Source: Lama guanicoe
Lineage: Eukaryota
DNA: 64,000 nt
Direction: 5' to 3'
Assembly: GCA_013239625.1 (NCBI GenBank)
Contig: MU053881.1
Span: forward strand, 15,554,373-15,618,372
Made by a program: the position numbers and the translations under genes
The notes under the pieces: model-generated
Told to the model about the DNA's origin: nothing
Databases searched by the model: none
The model's input: only the letters and a program-made list of their open reading frames with translations
In this document: in pieces, positions 13,308 through 26,889 of the stretch
Position numbering within the stretch: position 1 is the stretch's first letter
How the letters are laid out: each line of letters begins with the position of its first letter

Positions 13308-13313
13308 TTTATT
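13308..13313 (-). terminator. CCDC124: CCDC124 polyadenylation signal AATAAA
   Basis: tttatt on the plus strand, about 220 nt past the stop. Confidence 0.85.
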
Positions 13314-13532
13314 GGGCACTCAGTCCCAGGGCTCTGGCGCGCACCGGAAGGGGATGGGGGTGTTACTGGAGCAGGGACCCACCAGCGCAAGGTGTGGCCG
13401 ATGATCCCACCTAGCCCCCAGGACACGCGCCACGGCCTCGGACATCTCTGTAACCCTCAGAGCCGGCCCAGCGGGAGGGCGTGCGGGATCGTGACCCTGA
13501 CCGCCGGAGGGGAGGCTCCCCCAGTTCTAGGC

Positions 13533-13740
13533 TCACTTGGGGGTGTTGAAGGGTACGGCCCGCTGGTTCATGGGGTTGTCCGGAGAACGCAGCCACTCCT
13601 TCTTGAGCAGCTGCTTCAGCTGCGAAAGCCGCATGTTGGGGTTTTCTTGCTTGAGCCGCGGCAGCTGCGCCTCCTCGAAGGCGGTGAAGGCCGCCCGCAT
13701 GCGGCGCTCAGGATGCCGGTCAGCCGCCTCCTCCGCCACG
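13533..13740 (-). CDS. CCDC124: CCDC124 last coding exon
   Basis: cag|VAEEAADRHPERR...PFNTPK-TGA. Confidence 0.97.
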
Positions 13741-16700
13741 CTGGTGAAGGACAAAGACGTCGATGGGGCTGGCTGGCGGCCCGCCCCGCCCTGAGAGACC
13801 TAGTCCCACCCAGAGGCTCAAGCCCCGCCCCGGGTCCCAAGCCCCACCCCAAAGCTCTAGGCCCTCTAATACCTGAGCACTGCGATGGCATCCTCGATGG
13901 TGCGCGCCTCCAAACTGCCCTCCTCCAGCAGGCGGCGGTTCACGTTCTCCTCCAACGGCACCTCCAAGTGGCTCTTGGCTTTCTCGGCTGGAGTGCGGGG
14001 CGGCCGGGTGACAGAAACGTACACAGAAACACACAGAGAGAAGCAGAGATGCAGAGCTCCAGGGAGATGAGAGAGACACCGTGGGGAAGAAGCAGAGGAG
14101 AGAGGGAGGCAGGCAGGCAGAGAATGATAGGGGCGGAGAGAAACACGACTTGAGCTGGAAAGCTGTCCCAAGACCTACCTTGTGGGTATGCCAGTCCTGC
14201 CCACCCAGCACCCAGCATTCTAACTTTCTTGCAGCCCGGCACACAGGAGGCGCCTCACATGGGCTCCTGTCCTCAAGATGGGGCCCCATCAGCTGCGGGG
14301 ACCCCGGGGAGCACAAGCCAGGGTGAGGTCAGAGTAGTACACACGTGTGTGCCCATGCCACCTGTGCTCAGAGTGAGGCCTGCTGGGACACCACCCACCC
14401 ACCCTTTGCCTTGCAGGGCCCAGGCAGCTTCTCTAGGGGGGTGGAGGCGGGGCTCTGGACTCAGCTCAGCGGCAGTCCCACTGCCTATCCTTTATCGGGT
14501 AAAAGGGGAACTCTGAATTGGGTGGAGACCCCACCTGGCTCAGGGGTTTCCTTGTGCTGATGTTCTCGGCGGAGAGTCTCCTCAATCTGGGCGCGAGTGA
14601 CCTTGCTGGGTGCGGCCACCCGGGGGGCTTTGCCGCCCTTGAGCTTTGAATCTTCCTCCTCCAGCAGGCGCTGCGTCTCCTTCTTGCGCTCCAGCTGCTC
14701 CAGGCGCCGCTTCTCCTTCTCCTCCTGGGGGATAGGGAGTCAGGAGTGGACCCCACTCCACCAGCATGGGGTCTGGGTTCTCATCTCAACCAATGTGGAC
14801 TGAGGCCCTGCTGTGTGCCAGACCCTGTGCTGGGCATAGGGAACACGGCTGGGAGCACAATAGGCCTACCTAGGGGCTCCCATCCTATGTGATTATGGGA
14901 ACAACAGGGAAGTTTGGCCATGGCAAGTGGATGGCTCTTGAAGGAAAAGTGACACCTGGGACAGAGGCGAAGCCAACCGGAAAGAGAGCTGGGGGAGGAG
15001 TCCTTAGTGACAGGTGCAAAGGCCCTGAGGCAGAAAGCACCTAACATGACAGAGGCTGGTGTGCTTGGAATGGGGAGGGGAAGAGTGGAGGGAGAAGAGG
15101 GTGGAAGTGGGACCTTGGGGAGCCTCAAGGGTATGGGGAGGGGTTTGTACTAGATTCCAAAGGAGACAGGAGTCACTGGAGGGTCTGGACCCATTTGCCA
15201 GCTGGGGCAGGGATTTTGCCTTTATGGGCCAGGAGACCTTGGGGAGGCACGGAGTGTTCCCAGCCGAGTGTCACAGGGGCTGGGACTAATCCCACCTTAG
15301 CTCCCCAGGAAGGTCCTGATGCCAGCTGGATGAGGGGACACCTGGCCTGTAGGACTTGCCCTTGGCCACTGTCCCTCCACTGCTCCAGGAGCAGAGCAAG
15401 GTTCTGGTTCATTTGTAGTGCAGTGTGGCAGTGTGACTGTAGGTGTGGAATATTCTGCTGCCTCCCACCCAGCACCCCCATAAGGCCCTGCAACACAGGC
15501 ACCCCCACCCACCCACCCCTACCGCCTGCAACTTTGCCATTTGCCTTCCATGCCTCAGGGATAGTCCCTTTGCCTAAACTGCTCCGTGTGACACTCTCAC
15601 AGGACTGAGTGCCCCCAGAAGAGGGGTCCCTGAGGACACCCACTGGGCCTCTGACCTCCAACCTGCCTGCATGACAAGAAAGGAGGGGTGTTAAAGGTCA
15701 AGGGTGTTTGGGCACAGATGTTGGGCTCCCAGTTCTATTATCAGGCACCTCAGGTAGGGCCACTGTGCTCTGAGCTTCAGTTTCCCCATAGGTCAGAAGT
15801 AACTTCTTCTTGAGGCTCTCTGACCACTGCGTGGTACACGTACAGCCCATGCTCACTCTCCCCTCAACATGGCCCTGCCTCAGGGCCTTTGCATTAGCTG
15901 TTCTCTCCTCCTGGAGCGCCACTGCCGGCCTCCTTCCTTGGTTAACTCTGGCTCATCCTGAGCTCCTCGCTTCCTATACCTCGGCTCCCTACCACATAGC
16001 TCTTTCCTGTGTTCCACAAATCCCTATTTTCTAGTCTTCCGATTATCTGCTTTATCTCAGTGGCAGGAGGCAGGCCCTGGCCCAGCACACAGTAGGTGCT
16101 TAGTAGAAGTGTGCTGAAGGAATGAATGAATGAATTCCAGAAGGCTTCAGTAACTCAGGAAGGACATGCAGCATGTGGCCATTAGTCTCTAAGGACATGG
16201 GACTGAGGAAGGAGTGTTATTATTTACACTTTGACATTCAGCGACATTTTTTGAAAAAGTCACTCATGGTTTTTTTAAAAGTGCAATTAGCCATTGGCAG
16301 CATCTGGTGATGGATGAAGGATGAGGACACTGGTGGAACATTCTGGAGCCATCAAAAATGAGTCTCATAAATAACTGAAATGGAAGCCAGAGAGTCCGGC
16401 GCTTGTCCCCGAGTTGCATAATATGGAACAAATGGGAACAAAAAATGCCGACCTCCGGGTGAGGCCATGAATTCCGGCCCCACCTGAGGCTGACGTCTGG
16501 CAGCTAGGAGGAATCTGGCTGCGGGAGCCCATTTACTAAGGAGGTGGCCTTCAAGCTGTGGCATCAGGTGAGAAAAGCCTTTGGTGTCACGTGGCGGGGA
16601 GGTGTGTTGTTTCTTAGTGTTTTGAATAAACACAGATTTGCTTTTTCCCTAGAGACTATCTTTTTAAAGCAGCTGTCACATAAGGAAAACCAGAGGGGGC

Positions 16701-17110
16701 AGACATGCTGTGTAGACTATGGGCCCCACTCGCCCATCAGCAAAAAGAGGGCTAAACAGAACCCAGAAAACCAGCCAATGGGGAAGAACCATCTGCAGCT
16801 CCATGTAAAACACACGGGAGTGGGGACTGCTTGGGAGGGGCAATGGCTACTCACTCTTCAGGCCAAAGCCCCAGGGGCCTCCTGCCACCTTCGACTCTGT
16901 TGACTGCCTGCCCCACCCACTGGCGTGGAAGCCCAGGGCCCGCCCACCCACCTTGCGCTGCTCCTTCCTCATGACGTGTTTGTCCTCATCCTTCCAGTAG
17001 GCATCCTCTAGCTCCTTCTGCTTCTTGGCATCAGCGGCTGCCTTGGCCTCAGCCCTCCGTGCCCGGGCCGCTGCCGACTTGGTGTTCTCGCCCTGGAACT
17101 TCTTGGGCAT
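13533..17110 (-). CDS. CCDC124: Coiled-coil domain-containing protein 124 (Lso2 homolog, ribosome hibernation factor), 223 aa
   Basis: join(16952-17110,14535-14724,13873-13987,13533-13740) = 672 nt, GT-AG introns. Translation MPKKFQGENTKSAAARARRAEAK...RHPERRMRAAFTAFEE...NPMNQRAVPFNTPK*. Confidence 0.98.
13873..13987 (-). CDS. CCDC124: CCDC124 third coding exon
   Basis: cag|(A)EKAKSHLEVPLEENVNRR...EDAIAVL(S)|gtatt, 115 nt. Confidence 0.96.
14535..14724 (-). CDS. CCDC124: CCDC124 second coding exon
   Basis: cag|EEKEKRRLEQLERKKETQRLLEEEDSKLKGGK...KETPEP|gtggg, 190 nt. Confidence 0.96.
16952..17110 (-). CDS. CCDC124: CCDC124 first coding exon
   Basis: Acceptor at 17121/17122; MPKKFQGEN...MRKEQRK|gtggg. 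Confidence 0.97.
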
Positions 17111-17269
17111 CCCTCAGCAGGCTGCAGGGGCAGGGGTGGCAGGGACCAGTGAGTGGGGGGCACTCAGCCTTGGCCCCCCCAAGACTTACATCTGTGCAGC
17201 CATGACCTGTCTGGGCCCTCAATGGTTCTGTCTGTAAAAAAAGGACTTCTGATTTATTAATCTCTCTTA

Positions 17270-17680
17270 AAAAAAAACTACTGAGATGAATTTCACATAA
17301 ACAAAATGAACCATTTTCAAGCACACATTTCAGTGGCACTTAGTACATTCACAATGCTATGCAACCATCTCCTCTATCTAGTTCCAGAACATTTCCATCA
17401 CCCCAAAAGAAGAACCATCCCCATTAGTGGTCACTCCCCAGGCCCCCTCCCCCAGCCCTGGCAACCACTGATCTCCTCTGTGACTCTATGGATTTGCCTG
17501 TTCTGGACTTCTTTCCCTCAGCATCATGTTTTCGAGGTTCATTCACGTTTTCGCATGTGTCAGTGCTTCATTCCTTTTTATGCCTGAATAATATTCCATT
17601 GTATGGATGGACCACATTTTGTTTCTGTCCGTTGTGGCAGACTTTTGGGTTGTTTCTACTTTTCAGCTCTTACAAGTCAT
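17270..17680 (-). mobile_element. L1 (L1M-type) 3' end fragment in CCDC124 intron 1
   Basis: catttcagtggcacttagtacattcacaatgctatgcaaccatc...ggcaaccactgatctcctctgtgactctatggatttgcctgttctggac. Confidence 0.75.
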
Positions 17681-20199
17681 GTTGCAGTAGGTCCCTGCCC
17701 AGGCTGGCACAACCAGATGTTACAACAATCATAAAGTGCTGTCCAGTGGGCGCCTAGTCTACATGAGTTCCCCCGAGGCGCTGGGGAAATGATATACTCA
17801 CATGGGAGGTGCCACCCTCCTGTTTAATATGGCCCAACTTAATTGAATGTTCCCAAAGCCTTAAATGCGGGGACTGTCCTTATCCCCTTTCTAAGGTGGG
17901 GAAGTCAAGGTACCTGGCCAAACTGCATAAGGCTTAGCCGGGAGTCTCACCTCCAAAGCCTGCCTTTCAGGTGAGGAGAGGAAGAAAAGAAACTAATAAG
18001 TGTGCCCCCTCCAGAGTGCTGACTGAGGACACCAACACTGTGTGGTCCAGGGCTCAAGCCTTCAGCTCTCTGGGCCTCAGTTTTCCTTATTTGGGAAATG
18101 GGCTGATGTGCCTCATTCCTGGGTCATTCACCCTCCACTGAAAATCTTCAGTTCAGTCCCTTGATGAACCTTGGAGAAATAGGCCCAGCATCCAGGAATG
18201 AAGGGGAGAGGCTCTGGGGGCCATCCTGACTCAAGACCACTAGGCAACACCCCCCAACTTCCTAGCTGTGTGACTTGTGGAGGAGGGGGCTCACCTCTCT
18301 GAGCCCCATCGGAAACTCTCAAACTAGCTTGTTTCCAGTGGTTGTGTGCACTGGGCTAAGAGCTTTACACATAGCATCTTAATGAATTCTCACAACCTTG
18401 GCAGGTGGCAGCTAAGCTGAGATCTGAAGGATGGGTGGGAAGCCACCCTGTGAGGATGAAGCACTGAGATTTTTCGGCAGAGGGCATAGGATGTGCAGAC
18501 TCTGTGACAGGAATGAGGCCATGGCTACAGGAAACATGGAGGCCACTGGGGCCAGAGTGGGTGAGCTGAGGGGAGTAGAGGGGAAGAGGGTGAGAGGGCA
18601 AGAGGCTGATAGGATGGGGTCTTATGGGCTGAGGAAGGGCAAGGATTTTATTCTCTGGGCCCCAGGGAACTGTTAGGCAGCTCTGAGCAGGGTATGAACA
18701 CATTTGGATTTAGGTTGTTCCAAAGCCCCATCTGGCTGGCATGTGGATGGGCGAGGGCCAAGGGTGGGAGCCAAACGCCGAGGAGTTACAATGGTGCAGT
18801 GGGCAGAGCCAGAGGTTTGGAGACATTCAGAGCTGGGCAATAAAAAAAACTGAAGCGCTGATGGACTGATGTTGTAATCTAAACCATCCCCCAGCAGCAG
18901 CAAAGCCAGGTACTTTTCTCCCCACTTTTACAGATGAAGAGCCTGCAGCTTTTAGATGGTAAGTGACATGCTCGGGGCCACACCGTGTGTTAGTGGAAGG
19001 GCCCAGATTCCCACACAGGCACAACCCTCAGTCCCAACTTCGTCCTCTTAACCACTGCCCGACCCAGGGTCCCAGTGGGCCCCTCAAGGAACAACAATGC
19101 AGATCAGGACTTTGAGAGGCTCATGGGGAACCTCACTTGGCACAGAGAAGCAGTCCCTCCAGGCTGAGATGGGGGAGTGAGTCCCATGGGGCAGAGCAAG
19201 GCAAAGGAGGGGAGATCAGTAGACCCAGGAGACTCAGGGTTGGGTTCTGGCTCCGCACTCACGGCTGAAATGCTCCCCTGAGCCTCAGTTTCCTAATCTA
19301 AGATGTGAGGTTGATTTCAGTTCCTCCCCACACAGGATGGAAGAGATGCCACAGGAGAACCAGATATGCCAGCTGATCCTGAGCTTCCAGCTAACCCTGC
19401 CCCCAAACATTCATTACTGAGCATCTACAATGTACCTAACAGAAAACCTCTTCAGAATTCCCCAGGAGAGCACCAAGAAATGGGTGGGGGTTGAAGTTTC
19501 AGGTAAGGAAACTCCCCACCCCATCTCCTTCCATCTTCCCCTCACTCATTCGACAGCAGCCACACCAGCCTCCTTGCCTTTTTTCAAACCTACCAACCAG
19601 TTTCCCACCACAGGGTCTTTGCAGTTGCTGTGCCTGCCACCTTTGCTCCTCTTTTTACCCAGTTAATTCCTATCTAATCTTCAGGGCCCGGCTCAGGTGT
19701 TGCCACCTCCAGGAAGCCTTCCATGAAACACCCCCTGACTCTCAGGCCACAAACTTTTCTTTGGGGGTATTTGTTTGGGCTGCTAGCTTATGTTCATTTA
19801 TATGATTATTTGACAAATGTCCACCTTCCCCACCAGGCTGGGAGCTCTGTGAGGGCAGGGCTGGGATTGCTTTGGTCAGTGCCCTGCACAGTAAGGGGGC
19901 TTAAAAAATGTATTGAGCAAATGGATGAAGAAACATCTATTTCCATCATTCCCTCAGTATTTACTTCCCACTCTGTGTCCAAACTCAGCTTCTCACTTCT
20001 CTTCCCACTCACCTCCCTCTCCAGCCTCTGAGCCTTTGATCTTGCTATGCCCTCAGCTGATACACCCTTTCCTGTCACTTCCTCCTGTGAAAACCCTGCC
20101 CAGTCACAGGGACTCTGACCCAGCATCCCCTCCTCCTGTTGCTTAAGATCCCCCAATTTCATCCCAAAGCCTGACAAGGCTTTTTGGACCCCCTCTCCA

Positions 20200-20571
20200 G
20201 GCTGGGACTGAATATTTATATCCCTTCAAAATTTGTATGTTGAAGCCCTAACTCTCAATATGACTGTACTTAGAGACAGGGCAAGTGAGGAGGTTAAATG
20301 AGGTTTTAATGGTGGGACCCTAATCTAGTAGAGCTGGTGCCCTTATAAGAAGAGAAAAAGATACCAGAGTTTGCTCTCTCTCCACCCTATGAAGACACAG
20401 TGAGAAGGTGGCCATCCACAAGTCAGGAAGGGAGCCTGCCCCAGGAACCAGATTGGTTCGCACCTTGATCTTAGACTTCCCAGCCTCCACCACTGTGAAC
20501 CCATAAACTTCTGTTGTCTAAGCCACTCAATCTGTGAGATTTTGTTAAGGAAGCCCGGGCTAACTAATACA
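20200..20571 (+). mobile_element. MaLR (MLT1A-like) solo LTR
   Basis: gactgaatattt...gttgaagccctaac...caccttgatcttagacttcccagcctcc...gctaactaataca. Confidence 0.75.
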
Positions 20572-21429
20572 GGCAGCTCTTCTCTGATAAACAAACACAC
20601 ACACACACACTTTGTCATCCAGTAAACATGCGCTGAGCACCTAGTATGTGTGGGATGCTAGGGGAAAAGGCAGTGCTGATGGGCTTGCTGATTGAATGGG
20701 ATTCCCAGGTTGATTGGGAGACAGAGTGGTAACTCGAGATCAGAACTGTAATGGGAACATGCAGATACTGTGAAAGCGCAGAGGGGGCTTCTGACCCAAT
20801 CTGGGGAGGAGTGGGGAGAGGTTGTCAAAGGCTTCCTGGAGCAGACATCTAAAAAAGAGGTCTAAGGGAGTGGGGCCAAGCCCCCAGGAGTGCTGGGGAG
20901 GCAGGCTGGGAAAACGGGGTTTGTATTCCAGGGTGATGGGAAGGTGTAGAGGTCTCTGGGGTTGGTGAGGTGAATTGGAGGGGTGAGACAGAAGCAGGAA
21001 GCTCAAACAAGGGTCTAAGGAGCAGCTCTGACTAAGCAGGGGGGTCGACTTCAGAGGGAATCAAGATCCACGTGGTTGACTGAATGTGAAGTAAGAGAAT
21101 AAAAGATGAAACTCAACGCTGCCTCCCCCAGGAAGCCCTTCCGCGATCCCTTATGGGCTCCCCCCACCCGACGTCCCTCTCCCCAGACCTGATCTCATTG
21201 CACGAGGCGGGGAACGTCCAGACCCAGTTCTGTCACCCCGAAGCCTGTAAGCTGTACAGGGGCACAGCCAGAGCTAGGTAGCCTCAAACACTACTCTGTC
21301 CCTCTGGGTCTCAATCGCCCGATCCGGGAAATGGGCATAGTCCTCGGGGAAGCCCTGGAGACTGGGGGCCTGATGTGCCCCCATCTCTGAGAACCCTATC
21401 GCCAGCCCTTCCGGGGTGGTGGCCCCAAG

Positions 21430-21620
21430 TCCAGCCGCCCCACGGAGCCCACCTGCACCCCGCCCCCCGGCTCCGCCCGCGCCGCTGCAGCTCCTACCTC
21501 CTTTCTTCGGCGCCGGCCCAGTCGCGCATCCGTGACGTCACCGCGGGGCTTGCGCGCTGAGCACCCCGGCGGCGCGCGCTGATTGCGTTTCGTCGCCGTC
21601 GCCATCTTGGTAAAGGAAAT
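21430..21620 (-). promoter_or_regulatory. CCDC124: CCDC124 CpG-island promoter and non-coding exon 1
   Basis: CpG-rich, with donor GAG|GTAGGA at 21498/21497, a full CRE TGACGTCA at 21533-21540 and YY1-type AAGATGGCG (minus) at 21600-21608. Confidence 0.8.
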
Positions 21621-24332
21621 GCTGCCTTGACCTCCAATCCAAGGCAAGGGTGTTAGCCTTTTTTTTTTTTCGCTTCAAGAACCAGATTTTTTATAAACCT
21701 TCATCCCTGCGCTCACTTCAGATATTAGCGAGTCAGGAGAGGAGGGTAGAAACTACAAGCTAGACCATTGCCTTTACCACGATTGCCACTGTCCGGATGA
21801 AAAACAGCGTCCTCGACTTCACACATGGGTCTGGTGGTGTCAGCTAGGAGTTGCTTGGCCGCCAGGGCGCGCCAGAACCCGCCAGAACCAGTGAACCACG
21901 CGTGGTCTGTAGACCTGCTTTGCTGGAGGAAACCTCTTAGGCCCTTCACTATCACTTTGAAGACGCTCTCCTAGTCCACATTCTTCGCCTCCCTCCTGCG
22001 AAGCTGGAGAGGGAGAGAACAGAAGAAAGGGACAGAGAAATTGAAACAGTCTGCACTGTCCAGGTCAGGAAACAGGCTCAAGGAGACCAGGAATTGGATT
22101 TGACCAAAGTGTAATCGAGGGACTCAAATTCCTCGCCGACCCCTCCTCCTGGATTGCTACCCACGCCCCTTCCCAGTACATGATTTCCTGCATTTACTGA
22201 GCTTCACTATCAGTATCAGTAAAAATGGTAGTACTAGGGCTCTGAGGATTCCACTGGACCTGGCTATAGGGAGAGAAGCAGGTCATGGATTTGGCAGCAA
22301 TCAGAGGGGATGAGTTGACCACTGAGTCCATTCTCCCAAAAGGCCCAAGTCATATCGTCTGCCTCCCCTGCTCAAGCCTCAAGTGGGTCCCCCCACTGCC
22401 CTGCAGGACTCTGTCTTCCCATCTCCCTTCTCTTCCCCATTCTCCCTCAGGTCCAGCCCATCAGAGACCTTTCTCCTTATTACGAGGCACAGTCGTGCCT
22501 CTGAGAATTCGCCGGTGGTGTTTCCTCTGCCCCCAGCTTTTCCCATGGACCACTCCTTCACTTGCTTCAGTCCTTGGCTCAAATATCCCTTCTTGAGAAA
22601 GACCTCCCTGACCTCCTCAAGTAGTTGATGCCCCACCCCCAGCCCTCTTTTTATTTCCTTCACAGCGTCAACTTGCTTTACTGGTTTAGCTGTTTATGTT
22701 CAGTTTACCCTATGGCTGTGATGTCTGGAGGATGGAACCTGTGCACCTGGAATGGTATTTGTCATCAAGAGGGAGGATCTCAGCCAACATTTATTGGTAT
22801 TCTTTGGGGTTGGGGTGGGGTGTAGAGGTGCCAAAGGCAACACCTAGTTAAGCCTCTACTGGTAAAGAGCCAGGCTTGTCACACCTTTCTGAGAGCAGGG
22901 AGCCTCTTATGTCTATTGACATAACTGAGGGGAGAAAATCAAGTGAATCATTCCAGAACAAGCTAAGTCTTCTGCAAGGTGATTTCTGCCGCCTTCCAGG
23001 CTATAGGGTATGGCTCCCATTTCTGAGGACTCTTGACTTCTATCGTTCTGATAGTCTATAGCTCTTAGATGCTCACACTTGCAGATAAATACTGAGGGTC
23101 TACTGTGTGCCTATACTGAGAACACAGCAGCAAACAAGATAGATGGAGTCTCTGGTCTCTTGGGGCTCACAGTCCGGAAGTCATATAAAAAATTATGACC
23201 AGAAGATGTGCTCCCATTGAGAGTGGGCTATGGAAGCTGGCAGGCAGATGTTGTGACATATACATTTTAATTTGATACAATGATAAATTCTACTTCCCTA
23301 TTATCTATTTGTATTTTCATATATCCCCATATGCTGACATACACACACATAGAGATATATTATGAAATCCCACACTGCAAATTCTTGCATGAATAATGTA
23401 CACAATGAGGAAAATTCAAATTTGGGTGTTTTTTCTCTGAAAAAATGGCTATTACTTCATGTTAAGGTGAGCATATGTTGCTTTTTGTCTCGCAGAAGTG
23501 TTAACGCTCATCCTTTTTGAAATGTTCTTAAGTTGTTTTTGGAAAATATCTCTTAGTTTGGAAAACAAATTAAGTCCCTAATAACCATTGTTTATGCTGT
23601 GAAAATACTTCTTGTCTGTATGATAAATTTTTTCTCCAGCAACCATCATGGTTTTACCTTTCCCAAATTCAGGGTCCTAATTCAGAATAATGCAACTCTG
23701 AAGATATCTTTTGTGCCTCAACTCCCGTTGGCCATCCTGAAATTGTCATTAGGTAATGCAGATATTTGTTCCTTCACCTATAGAAGCAAGAACAAAAGGA
23801 CTGATAATCTTTGTCTAGAATTTTCCAAATTTTAATTAATTTCAAACCGTTAGGAGAGCTTTCTCACAGGCACTAGGGGTCTTGACTCTCATATGGGAAT
23901 AGTCCAGCACCATTGTTTATTTCAGTCTTTTATTGAATTTGGTAGCCAGGGCCTGTCACTTTGTATAAGAAATAAAGCAGCAGTAGCAGAACTTGTGGGA
24001 ACTTCAGTGATTGGGTTCTGGGGACTCCACTCAACTTATTGGACCCCACGCCTTCAGACTGTACTTCGTACAGAAAACCCTCAGCACTTAGCTCCTGTGA
24101 CATATTCCTGCTTCTTCCTTCACATATCACTCTCCATCACCACGACACTCTCAACCCAGCCACCCGCCTTCCTTCCCCAAAGAAGGAGAGTCCAAAATTG
24201 CCTCCCTCTGTTAAAGAATTATCCAGAGTCTGGGAAGATCTTACAGAGCTGTGTTGTCCATTAGAAGCAACTATGGTGGGCCACTCACCCAGTTTAAAAC
24301 TTTCTAGGCACCACATTAAAAAAGTAAAAGAT

Positions 24333-24460
24333 GAGAAAGGGTATAGCTCAGTGGTAGAGTGCATGCCTAGCATGCACAAGGTCCTGGGTTCAATCCCCAA
24401 TACCTCCATTAAAAAAATAAACCTAATTACTTCTCCTCCCCCAAAAATAAAAAATAAAAT
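24333..24460 (+). mobile_element. tRNA-derived SINE (Vic-1-like, camelid)
   Basis: gggtatagctcagtggtagagtgcatgcctagcatgcacaaggtcctgggttcaatcccc with A/B boxes, an A-rich tail and flanking duplication aaaaaagtaaaa. Confidence 0.85.
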
Positions 24461-24575
24461 TTAAAAAAAGTAAAAAAAAAATAGATGGATCTATTTCATG
24501 ATAAATTTCACTTAGCCCAATGGACCTGGAATATTGTCACTTCAACAACTAATGGGATTCTAAAACAAAACATAG

Positions 24576-25096
24576 TGTAGTAGGGAGGAACAAATCTGAC
24601 TCCATATTAGCTCTGTTCTTTTAGCTCTAACCCTGTGCTCTGTTTCCTGTGCTTAGTCATGCTGGTTCTGCACCTTTTGTAAAAGAATGTGGCCTATAGC
24701 CTGAAATATGAAAGAGAGCCCTCCTCAAGGCTCTGACCTTTAAGGACATAAGTTTTCCATTCATATAGAGAGAAAAAATTGCAGAACAGACAATAACATT
24801 TGTCTTGTTGCACGTTTACTGGGAACATCATGACTTGACCTATGTGGACAGCTGCCAAGACCAAAGGATTCCAAACACCAAGAAGTTGGCAGCAACCAAC
24901 CACATCCCCTGCCCTTTTTAGTATAAAAGGAGCCTGAATTCTGACATGGGTAAGATGATTCTCTAGGACATTAGTCCCCCACCTTCTTGGTCTGCTGTTT
25001 TTTCAAATAAAATCATTATTCCTTGCTCCCAACAACTCATCTCCTGATTTATTGGCATATCCTGTGGCAAGTGGAATGAGTTTGGACTTAGTCACA
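24576..25096 (+). mobile_element. ERV1-type solo LTR
   Basis: TG...CA ends, near 4-bp TSD atag/gtag, TATAAAA 24922-24928 and AATAAA 25006-25011. Confidence 0.75.
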
Positions 25097-25633
25097 GTAG
25101 CAAAGGTCTCAGGAACCTTCCATCTTCCAAGGTTTAAACTTCCTGATAGCCTTTCCGACAATAAAAATCAAACCCTTCTGGAACTCGCAAGTTATGTCAT
25201 TGTGAGTAAACAGTAGGCTGTCATGTATTTGATGGTTTCATTCCAAATTTTGAAGTCTACCCTGTCACAGGCTAATGTAGCTAGATACTGCAGGAGACTC
25301 ACAGAAGGCCCACACAGTATCGCTGTCATGTGCAAGTTGCTTTTCCACATCGCCCGCGTAAGCGATCCCAGTATCATCTGAAACCTCAAGAGATGGTGTT
25401 CTGAAGAAGTCGTTGGAGGAAATCTGCCCTTGAGTCTGGATGGAAAGGGTTTCATCAGGCTTTGTGAATAACTAGCACAAAAGTAAGACTCTATGGTGCT
25501 GACAGTAGGATCTGTGTTTCCCAATTAAAAGTACTTATGTCATCCTGACCACTGGATTCCATCAGGAGACCTTAAATTGAGGATTCTTGGAAAACTCAAG
25601 AAACCTACAGCTGCACTAGGTAGACCAAGTTCC

Positions 25634-26056
25634 TGTGGAAATTACTAAAGGGAAATCTCCTTTAAAATGGAGTCGGGAAGCCCTGAGCTCTCATACACAT
25701 ACCTTCTGTTGCAGCTTACTTTTACACACATGGACAGGAAGAAGATTACTACCCCAGCAGGGGGAAGATTTTTCCTTGCCCAGCAATAGCCCAGCAAATG
25801 AGAAACTACCACCACTCAGCCAATGAGAAACTGTCACCAACTTGAACTCTCCTCTTTCCTCCAATGGACTTTCCCTCAAAGCAGCCCCTCCCAACTTCAC
25901 CTTTTTCTCTATAAAGTAACGTTCCTCTTCTTAGTTCTCTGGGCTTGCCTATGGTTTGCCGTAGCTCGCGTGTGCCGAACTGCAATTCCTCTGCCATTCC
26001 TGCATAAACTCATTTTGCTAGTAAACTAAGTGGCTGTTTTATTTTCAAGGTTGACC
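25634..26056 (+). mobile_element. ERV1 LTR (MER34-like), copy 1
   Basis: tgtggaa...tttaaaatggagtc...CCAAT repeats...ggctgttttattttcaaggttgac, homologous to 28240-28682. Confidence 0.7.
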
Positions 26057-26442
26057 TCCATCCCCCCACCCCACCCCCATAACCATCAGATCAAGCTGAA
26101 GACTTCCACTGCAGACAGCTTCCACCCAAGAAGACAGGATTAATTTTCTGCAGTCCTTTTTCACTTTGCTTTCACCCTACTCATCTTGCCTGTTATCGCA
26201 TGTTGACAGTCTCCATTAAATGGCTACAAGTTTTCTCAATATGCCCTTCCTTATCTTTATCCTGCACTAGAGACCTCCTACAGTTTTCTTCTGCCATTTA
26301 AGCAAGAATAAAACTCTAATGTGAGTGTTTCACAGACCAGAGCTGCTCCTCTGGATAATAGTGGATTGTATATCTTCATTCTCCACTTGATCCTGCTGAC
26401 AAAAATGTAATAGCTGTTTGTTTAAACAATTTAGAAGGTTGA

Positions 26443-26889
26443 TGTTGAGGCTTGAATTGCATCTCCCCAAACTAGCTGTTCAAATCCTAACCCCTGGTAC
26501 CTGGGAATGCAACCTTATTTGGAAATAGGCTCTTTGCAGATAGAATCAAGTTACGATGAGGTCATATTTGATTAAGGTGGGCCCTATTGAAATGACAGTG
26601 TCCTTATGAGACAAAGAAAACTTGGACACAGATGCACAGAGGGAGAAGGTCATGTGAAGACTGAGGCAGAGATTGGAGAAATGCAGTTATAAGCCAGAGA
26701 ACTCCAAGGATTGCAGGTAGCCACAAGAAGCTAAGCAAGAGGCATGGAACAGTTTTCTGTCTCAGAGTCTCCAGAAGAATCCAACCTACAAACACCTTGA
26801 CTTCAAACTGAGAAAGCCAAAATAAATATCTATTGGTTTAAGCTACCGAATTTGTAGAATTATGTTACAGCAGGCTCAGGAAATTAACA
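26443..26889 (+). mobile_element. MaLR (MLT1-type) solo LTR
   Basis: gcaaccttatttggaaataggctctttgcagat...gatgaggtcat...tatgttacagcagg. Confidence 0.75.

Noticed and set aside
13392..14153. 253-aa plus-strand ORF
   Set aside because: It is an antisense shadow of the GC-rich CCDC124 exons, has a non-ATG start and shows no recognisable domain
23400..24300. AT-rich unique-looking segment with a minus-strand acceptor-like site, a possible pseudogene
   Set aside because: I found no recognisable protein similarity or consistent frame and could not assign it without a database search
24333..24410. tRNA gene call for SINE heads
   Set aside because: A/B boxes are present, but A-rich tails, TSDs and multiple diverged copies identify these as SINEs
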